NCBI GenBank assembly: GCA_017852395.1
Contig: JAFMLE010000007.1
Location: 16,101-80,100 of the forward strand
DNA length: 64,000 nucleotides
Direction: 5' to 3'
Origin: Flavobacteriaceae bacterium
Lineage (GTDB): Bacteria; Bacteroidota; Bacteroidia; Flavobacteriales; Flavobacteriaceae
Under the pieces are notes generated by a model. The model did not search any database, was not told where the DNA came from, and worked only from the letters and a program-made list of their open reading frames with translations. Shown here piece after piece: positions 57,758 through 64,000 of this stretch (its first letter is position 1; every line of letters starts with the position of its first letter). The position numbers and the translations under genes were made by a program.

Positions 57758-60700
57758 ATGTTTCCAAAAGAACAAGGGCTTTATTCCCCAGCCAATGAGC
57801 ACGACAATTGTGGTGCTGGGTTTATTTGTAGTTTAGAAGGCAATCGCACCAACGACATCATACATAAAGCACTTGATATTCTTGTAAAACTAGAACACCG
57901 TGGTGCCGTAAGTGCCGATGGCAAAACGGGTGATGGTGCTGGAATTCTCATCGAAATCCCACATTTATTTTTAAAGAAAAATTGTGCTTTCGAACTTCCC
58001 GAGCCGCACCAATATGCAGCAGGAATGGTTTTTTTGCCCCGCAAAGAAAATCAACGTCAATATTGCATCGCTCAATTTGAAACAGAAATTGCCAATCAGG
58101 GATTAGAAGTATTGGGCTGGCGCACGGTACCTGTAGACCGCAGCACCGTTGGGACAATTGCAGCGCAAACCGAGCCTTATATCATGCAAGTCTTTGTGGG
58201 CAAAGGCAGTGAACAACTCAGCGAACACCTTTTCAACATCAAACTATTTACTGCACGCAAAATCGCAGAACATCAAATTTGGAATTCCAAACTCTCCCAA
58301 GCCAATTATTTTTACCTTCCAAGCTTGTCCACCCATACGCTGATCTACAAAGGCTTATTAGTCCCCGAAGACATCAATGTCTATTACAAAGACCTCAAAG
58401 ACCCTGAATTGGTCACCCGACTGGCATTGGTACATCAACGTTTTTCTACCAATACATTCCCAACTTGGGATTTGGCACAACCTTTTCGCTATATGTGCCA
58501 CAATGGAGAAATCAACACCTTTAGAGGCAACCTCAGCCGTATGCAAGCCCGCGAAGAACTGTTTGCAAGCGAGTGGTTTTCCAAAGAAGATCTCAAAAAA
58601 ATATGCCCCATCATCCTTCCAGGAAAATCCGACTCGGCCTCCATGGATATGGTCGTCGAGTTGCTTCTTGCCACTGGGCGTTCTTTGCCCGAAGTAATGA
58701 TGATGCTTGTCCCAGAAGCCTGGGAAAAACACAGTGCAATGAGTGATGACAAAAAAGCGTTTTATGAATACAATTCGTGCATCATGGAGCCTTGGGATGG
58801 CCCGGCATCCATTCCCTTTACAGATGGCAAGTATATCGGCGCATTGCTCGACCGCAATGGGCTCAGACCTTCGCGCTACTCTGTGACCAAAGACGGCTAT
58901 GTCATCATGTCTTCAGAAACCGGAGTCCTTGATATTGCTCCCGAAAACATCGTAAAACATGGACGCCTAGAGCCCGGCAAAATGTTCTTAGTCAATATGG
59001 ACGAAGGTCGTATTATCGGAGATGATGAAATCAAAACACAAATTGTCTCCAAACACCCCTATCGCCAATGGCTCAACAAAGAATTATTGCCCCTCAAAGA
59101 CATCTCCTACACCGGCAATCCAACACCAACCGAATCCGAAGACTTCGAAACACGGTTGCGGATTTTTGGATATACGCAAGAAGACCTAAAAACCATACTC
59201 AATCCCATGATCGTGGAGGGCAAAGAAGCTATTGGATCTATGGGAACAGACACGCCTTTGGCCGTACTATCGGATCAGCCGCAACTACTCTACAACTATT
59301 TCAAACAACTTTTTGCGCAAGTCACCAACCCACCACTTGATGGTATTCGAGAAGAAATTGTAACGGACACAAGCCTGTCGATTGGCAGCGATTACAATAT
59401 TTTTGACATCAAGGCCGACCATGCCAAAAAACTAAATATTAAAAATCCTGTTATTTCTAACGAGGACTTGGATAAGATCAAATTTTTAAAACATCCTGAT
59501 TTCAATGCCATTTCGATCAACACACTTTATGAAATCAATACAGGACTAAATGGTCTCGAAGCAGCACTCAACCGATTGGTGTCGGATACCCAAAAAGCCA
59601 TTGCACAAGGAAAAAACATCATCATTTTATCCGATCGTGGAGTCAATCCTCAATTTGCTCCAATTCCCATGCTTTTGGCCTGCTCCTATGTCCACCACTC
59701 AATCAAAGCGGCCAAACTCCGCTCCAAAATTGGCATCATTATCGAATCTGCAGAACCCCGCGAGCCACATCACTTTGCCCTACTATTTGGCTATGGAGCC
59801 AGTGCCATAAATCCATATCTGGTAAACGAAATAATTGCGCATCAAATCAAAACCGAAGAAATTACTGGCCTTACTGTCGATACTGCCATCAAAAATTTCA
59901 ACAAAGCGATTGCCAAAGGCATTGTCAAAGTCATGAACAAAATTGGGATTTCGACCTTGCACTCCTACCGTGGTGCTCAAATTTTTGAAGCCCTTGGATT
60001 GAATAAAAAATTCATTGAAAAATACTTCCGAAATACCGCCACTCGCATCGAAGGAATTGGACTCTATGAGCTAGAGCAAGAAATTGCCCGCCGTTTCAAA
60101 AAAGCCTACCAGCACAAAGATGAAAATGGCAATTCGCTCGAAATTGGCGGCGAATACCGCTGGCGTCGCTCTGGAGAAGCACATATGTTTAATCCCGCTT
60201 CGATTGCCAAATTGCAACAAGCCGTTCGTCAGAATAACTACGAAAGTTACAGTCAATTTTCTGCATTGATCAACGAGCAAAGCGAAAAATTAATGACCCT
60301 CAGAGGGCTTTTTGAATTTTCGAGCTACGATCCGATTTCGATTGACGAAGTAGAACCTTGGACCAAAATTGTCAAACGTTTCAAGACAGGAGCCATGTCG
60401 TTGGGTTCCATCAGCGCAGAAGCGCATGAAAATCTAGCAATTGCCATGAACCGTATTGGAGGCAAAAGCAACTCTGGCGAAGGAGGAGAAGATCCCAAAC
60501 GTTTTCAACCTGACCTGGGTGGCGACTGGCGCAACAGTGCCATCAAACAAGTGGCTTCGGGCCGCTTTGGGGTGTCGAGCCATTATTTGAGTTCAGCAAA
60601 AGAAATTCAAATCAAAATGGCGCAAGGAGCCAAACCCGGAGAAGGCGGGCAGCTCCCCGGTCCAAAAGTAAATCCATACATTGCATCGGTTCGAAATTCA

Positions 60701-62269
60701 ACCCCCTATGTTGGATTGATTTCACCTCCTCCACACCATGACATCTATTCTATTGAAGATTTGGCTCAGCTGATCTACGATTTAAAAAATGCCAATCGCG
60801 AAGCGCGTATCAACGTAAAATTGGTCTCCGAAGTAGGCGTAGGAACCATCGCTGCTGGAGTGGCCAAAGCCAAGGCAGATGTAATTCTGATTTCGGGTTA
60901 CGACGGCGGAACAGGCGCCTCACCGCTAACCTCATTAAAACATGCGGGCTTGCCCTGGGAATTGGGCATTGCTGAAGCACAACAGACCCTTGTACTCAAC
61001 GACTTGCGATCTCGTATCGTACTCGAATGTGACGGGCAAATGAAAACGGGAAGAGATGTTGCCATAGCGTGCCTTTTGGGCGCCGAAGAGTTTGGCTTTT
61101 CGACCGCACCCTTAGTGGCTTCCGGATGTATTATGATGCGGGCCTGCCACCTCAACACCTGCCCAGTTGGGATTGCAACTCAGGATCCCGAACTGCGCAA
61201 AAATTTCAAAGGGCAACCCGAGCACGTCATCAACTACATGTACTTTGTTGCCGAAGAATTACGTCAAATTATGGCGCAACTTGGGTTTAGAAGCATTGAC
61301 GAAATGGTGGGACAATCCCAAAAACTTAACATGAACAAAGCCATCTCCCACTACAAAGCGCAAGGCATTGATCTTAGTGCAATTTTGCACAAACCCGATG
61401 TGCCCGAAACGGTTGATTGTTATAACACTCAAATCCAAGATCATGGACTCAAAGATGTCTTGGATTTTAAAATTGTAGCGGCTGCACACCCCGCTATTTA
61501 TAGAAAAGAAGCACAGCACCTCGAATTTCCGATACGAAACACCAACCGATCTGTTGGTGCCTTGTTAAGCAATGAAATTTCTAAAATACACGGCGCTAAA
61601 GGATTGCCAGAAGACACGTTGAGCTTATTGTTTAAAGGAACTGCAGGTCAAAGCTTTGGGGCCTTTGCCACCAAAGGATTGTTTATGAAAGTTGTTGGAA
61701 CCTCTAACGACTATTTTGGAAAAGGCCTTTCGGGTGCCAAACTGATTGCCCAAGTACCTGAAGAAGCAACCTTTAAACCCGATGAAAACATCATCATTGG
61801 AAACGTGGCCCTATATGGGGCCATCAACGGAGCGGCCTATATCAATGGAATTGCTGGAGAACGCTTTTGTGTTAGAAACTCAGGAGCAACCGCTGTTGTA
61901 GAAGGCATTGGAGATCACGGCTGTGAATATATGACAGGGGGCATCGCTGTTATATTGGGTGATTTTGGTCGAAATTTTGCTGCAGGAATGAGCGGCGGTG
62001 TCGCCTACCTTTACAATGAAAAAGGAATTTTTGACGAGAAAAAATTCAATCTCGAAATGGTCGAACTCGAAGACTTGACCCAACAAGACCGCGAAACGCT
62101 TCAGAAACTACTAGAAAATCATGTTGATTATACAGGAAGCGTCAAGGCCAAAACCATTCTAGACACATGGCCCGATAGCAGCAGTTGTTTTATCAAGGTG
62201 ATGCCCACCGACTATAAACGCGCCTTAGAACTTTTGGCGCAACAAGACGAACAAGAAAAAATATCCTAA
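57758..62269 (+). CDS. gltB: glutamate synthase large subunit
   Basis: 1503 aa. Has the N-terminal amidotransferase Cys (HDNCGAGFI), FMN and 3Fe-4S domains, and a C-terminal GXGXG domain. Confidence 0.98.
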   Translation: MFPKEQGLYSPANEHDNCGAGFICSLEGNRTNDIIHKALDILVKLEHRGAVSADGKTGDGAGILIEIPHLFLKKNCAFELPEPHQYAAGMVFLPRKENQRQYCIAQFETEIANQGLEVLGWRTVPVDRSTVGTIAAQTEPYIMQVFVGKGSEQLSEHLFNIKLFTARKIAEHQIWNSKLSQANYFYLPSLSTHTLIYKGLLVPEDINVYYKDLKDPELVTRLALVHQRFSTNTFPTWDLAQPFRYMCHNGEINTFRGNLSRMQAREELFASEWFSKEDLKKICPIILPGKSDSASMDMVVELLLATGRSLPEVMMMLVPEAWEKHSAMSDDKKAFYEYNSCIMEPWDGPASIPFTDGKYIGALLDRNGLRPSRYSVTKDGYVIMSSETGVLDIAPENIVKHGRLEPGKMFLVNMDEGRIIGDDEIKTQIVSKHPYRQWLNKELLPLKDISYTGNPTPTESEDFETRLRIFGYTQEDLKTILNPMIVEGKEAIGSMGTDTPLAVLSDQPQLLYNYFKQLFAQVTNPPLDGIREEIVTDTSLSIGSDYNIFDIKADHAKKLNIKNPVISNEDLDKIKFLKHPDFNAISINTLYEINTGLNGLEAALNRLVSDTQKAIAQGKNIIILSDRGVNPQFAPIPMLLACSYVHHSIKAAKLRSKIGIIIESAEPREPHHFALLFGYGASAINPYLVNEIIAHQIKTEEITGLTVDTAIKNFNKAIAKGIVKVMNKIGISTLHSYRGAQIFEALGLNKKFIEKYFRNTATRIEGIGLYELEQEIARRFKKAYQHKDENGNSLEIGGEYRWRRSGEAHMFNPASIAKLQQAVRQNNYESYSQFSALINEQSEKLMTLRGLFEFSSYDPISIDEVEPWTKIVKRFKTGAMSLGSISAEAHENLAIAMNRIGGKSNSGEGGEDPKRFQPDLGGDWRNSAIKQVASGRFGVSSHYLSSAKEIQIKMAQGAKPGEGGQLPGPKVNPYIASVRNSTPYVGLISPPPHHDIYSIEDLAQLIYDLKNANREARINVKLVSEVGVGTIAAGVAKAKADVILISGYDGGTGASPLTSLKHAGLPWELGIAEAQQTLVLNDLRSRIVLECDGQMKTGRDVAIACLLGAEEFGFSTAPLVASGCIMMRACHLNTCPVGIATQDPELRKNFKGQPEHVINYMYFVAEELRQIMAQLGFRSIDEMVGQSQKLNMNKAISHYKAQGIDLSAILHKPDVPETVDCYNTQIQDHGLKDVLDFKIVAAAHPAIYRKEAQHLEFPIRNTNRSVGALLSNEISKIHGAKGLPEDTLSLLFKGTAGQSFGAFATKGLFMKVVGTSNDYFGKGLSGAKLIAQVPEEATFKPDENIIIGNVALYGAINGAAYINGIAGERFCVRNSGATAVVEGIGDHGCEYMTGGIAVILGDFGRNFAAGMSGGVAYLYNEKGIFDEKKFNLEMVELEDLTQQDRETLQKLLENHVDYTGSVKAKTILDTWPDSSSCFIKVMPTDYKRALELLAQQDEQEKIS

Positions 62270-62271
62270 AT

Positions 62272-63738
62272 ATGGGAAAACTAAGAGGCTTTATGGAATT
62301 TGACAGAATCAAAGAACCTGTCATCGAACCCAAAGATCGTATTCAACATTATAAGGAGTTCACCCTAGAACTCGAAACCCAAAAAGTGCAAGATCAAGGG
62401 GCACGTTGCATGGATTGTGGAGTCCCTTTTTGCCACAGCGGTTGTCCGTTGGGCAATATGATTCCAGACTTTAACGATGCGGTCTATAAAAACGAATGGC
62501 AAAAAGCCTTGCACATACTGCATTCGACCAATAATTTTCCAGAATTTACAGGGCGTCTATGTCCTGCACCTTGCGAAGAAGCCTGTGTGTTGGGCATTAT
62601 CAACCCTCCAGTATCGATAGAACTCATCGAAAAGTACATCGTTGAGCGCGGTTTTGCCGAGGGCTGGATCCAGGCCCAACCTCCCAAAACACGAACCGGA
62701 AAAACGGTCGCTATCATCGGTTCTGGGCCAGCAGGTTTGGCAGCTGCACAGCAACTTAATCGTGCTGGACACAGTGTTACCGTTTTTGAAAGAGACGCCA
62801 AAATTGGTGGTTTACTCCGCTATGGTATTCCTGATTTTAAACTCGAAAAAAAGATCATTGATCGACGTGTATCGATTTTAGAAGCCGAAGGAATCATTTT
62901 TAAGACCGGTATCGAAATCGGTAAAGACATCCCAGCTGCAACACTAGAAAACGATTTTGACGCCATCGTATTATGCACCGGTGCAACCGTAAAAAGAAAC
63001 TTACCCATACCTGGTTCCGATGCAGAAGGGGTGGTTCAGGCGATGGATTTTCTCCCGCATAACAACAAGGTCGTTGACGGCTTGACCAAAGAAGAAAACG
63101 CCCTTCATGCCAAAGGAAAACACGTGATCGTTATTGGTGGTGGGGATACCGGATCGGACTGTATTGGCACCTCCAATCGCCATGGAGCCAAAAGTGTTAC
63201 CAATTTTGAAATCATGCCCAAGCCGCAAGAAGGACGTTCTGAAGAACATCCTTGGCCTTATTGGCCTTTTAGACTCAAAACAAGCTCTTCGCATGAAGAA
63301 GGGGTGCATCGTGAGTGGAGCATCTTGACCAAAGAATTTGTAAAAGATGCCAAAGGCCATGTAAAAGGACTTAAAACCGTTGATGTACGTTGGAAAAAAA
63401 TTCCTGGCGCACGTCCTCAGATGGAAGAACGTCCCGGAAGCGAAAAAGAATGGCCTTGCGATTTGGCGCTTTTGGCCCTTGGATTTACTGGGCCAGAGCA
63501 ATCGCTGCCCGCTCAATTTGGACTGTCATTTACGGATCGGGGCAACCTTGCTACACAAAAAAGTTATCAAACCAATAAACCTCACATCTTTAGTGCTGGG
63601 GATGCCCGCCGGGGCCAATCGTTAATTGTTTGGGCCATCTCCGAAGGGCGAGAAGCTGCGCATCAAATAGATACTTTTTTGATGGGGCAATCCAAGTTGC
63701 CTCAAAAAAACAGCAAAGGTGATTTAGTCTCCGCATAA
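62272..63738 (+). CDS. gltD: glutamate synthase small subunit (NADPH)
   Basis: 488 aa. Has Cys clusters (CMDCGVPFC, CPAPCEEAC) and IIGSGPAGLAAA. Confidence 0.97.
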   Translation: MGKLRGFMEFDRIKEPVIEPKDRIQHYKEFTLELETQKVQDQGARCMDCGVPFCHSGCPLGNMIPDFNDAVYKNEWQKALHILHSTNNFPEFTGRLCPAPCEEACVLGIINPPVSIELIEKYIVERGFAEGWIQAQPPKTRTGKTVAIIGSGPAGLAAAQQLNRAGHSVTVFERDAKIGGLLRYGIPDFKLEKKIIDRRVSILEAEGIIFKTGIEIGKDIPAATLENDFDAIVLCTGATVKRNLPIPGSDAEGVVQAMDFLPHNNKVVDGLTKEENALHAKGKHVIVIGGGDTGSDCIGTSNRHGAKSVTNFEIMPKPQEGRSEEHPWPYWPFRLKTSSSHEEGVHREWSILTKEFVKDAKGHVKGLKTVDVRWKKIPGARPQMEERPGSEKEWPCDLALLALGFTGPEQSLPAQFGLSFTDRGNLATQKSYQTNKPHIFSAGDARRGQSLIVWAISEGREAAHQIDTFLMGQSKLPQKNSKGDLVSA

Positions 63739-63760
63739 CAACTCAAAATTAAATTTCAAT

Positions 63761-63786
63761 GCCCTTCTAGTGAGGGCTTTTTTTTT
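63761..63786 (+). terminator. intrinsic terminator after gltD
   Basis: GCCCT-tctagtg-AGGGC followed by nine T. Confidence 0.7.
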
Positions 63787-63836
63787 GAATTATTAAAACC
63801 CTATCTTAGCAGCGCCTTAAATCTAAATATTACTCT

Positions 63837-64000
63837 ATGTACGCCCCAAACGTACCTGCTTCTTTTGAAAAAACCTACGCCTATTATTTTCCAATTCTGT
63901 TTCGGTTTGGTCTAAAACACACTTCGGATGTGGCCCTGTCCAAGGATCTGGCTCAAGATACGCTGATCAAATTATGGGAGTCCAAAAATCAAAAAAATTG
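63837..64000 (+). CDS. ECF-type sigma-70 factor, N-terminal fragment (runs off the window end)
   Basis: Hand translation: MYAPNVPASFEKTYAYYFPILFRFGLKHTSDVALSKDLAQDTLIKLWESKNQKN. This matches the sigma-70 region 2 pattern (F..Y..Y.P.L..F....DL.QDT.IKLW). Confidence 0.55.
   Translation, partial: MYAPNVPASFEKTYAYYFPILFRFGLKHTSDVALSKDLAQDTLIKLWESKNQKN

Noticed and set aside
63001-63516. Long antisense or alternate-frame ORFs inside strong genes. Examples: 63001..63516 in gltD, 46973..47416 in lipA, 24809..25324 in the desaturase, 21769..22215 in tyrA, 40022..40444 in the dipeptidase, 31171..31578 in nqrA, 943..1359 in metY, 2033..2431 in metK.
   Set aside because: Each lies wholly within a gene that has unmistakable family motifs. 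The shadow translations have odd composition (Cys/Arg/His-rich or low complexity) and no recognisable motifs.
1-64000. Search by eye for CRISPR arrays, IS elements or transposases, integrases, prophage genes, toxin-antitoxin or known defence systems, and rRNA or other housekeeping RNAs
   Set aside because: None were recognised. There are no regularly spaced direct repeats and no transposase, integrase or phage-like translations in the ORF track. The only RNA genes are the two tRNAs.

Overview
This 64-kb chromosomal segment looks like a Bacteroidota (Flavobacteriia-like) genome. That placement is an inference from three things: repeated TAnnTTTG -7 promoter boxes a few nt upstream of start codons, no Shine-Dalgarno sequences, and gene content (nqrABCDEF, exbB-exbD-tonB, Stealth and CotH-like genes, many lipoproteins). 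I call about 60 protein genes (two cut by the window edges), 2 tRNAs (Leu-UAG, Val-UAC), 8 intrinsic terminators and a few candidate promoters or leaders.

Most of the content is tightly packed core metabolism:
- metK-metY-metX
- membrane pyrophosphatase
- thyA / folA-fabD
- pheA-aminotransferase-tyrA-DAHP synthase/chorismate mutase
- nqrABCDEF plus apbE
- ruvC / hemW
- lipA, lpxK
- exbB-exbD-tonB-folC
- nhaD, anmK, gltBD

I saw no CRISPR array, transposase, integrase, phage gene or recognisable defence gene.

Observations most worth follow-up:
1. An unannotated 34-codon ORF in the ruvC-hemW spacer encodes an 11-Cys peptide (MKKISCTCSCTSCQNGSCTSCTCQNCHCEGCQCH).
2. A textbook-looking Phe/Tyr-rich leader peptide plus antiterminator/terminator attenuator sits in front of the aromatic amino acid operon.
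3. A pseudoknot-capable structured leader with SAM-riboswitch-like motifs lies upstream of metK-metY-metX.
4. A low-GC islet carries two convergent Stealth-family phosphotransferase paralogs, next to a PhoA-type phosphatase and a CotH-like secreted protein.
5. A 68-aa protein with one TM helix and four Cys resembles NqrM. It is unlinked to nqr and sits directly upstream of an ECF sigma gene whose 3' end overlaps the start of an NRAMP transporter gene.

Limits: all product names come from motifs I recognised by eye in the supplied translations, and no searches were run. Several start codons were moved from the ORF-track start to an internal ATG and remain uncertain by a few codons.
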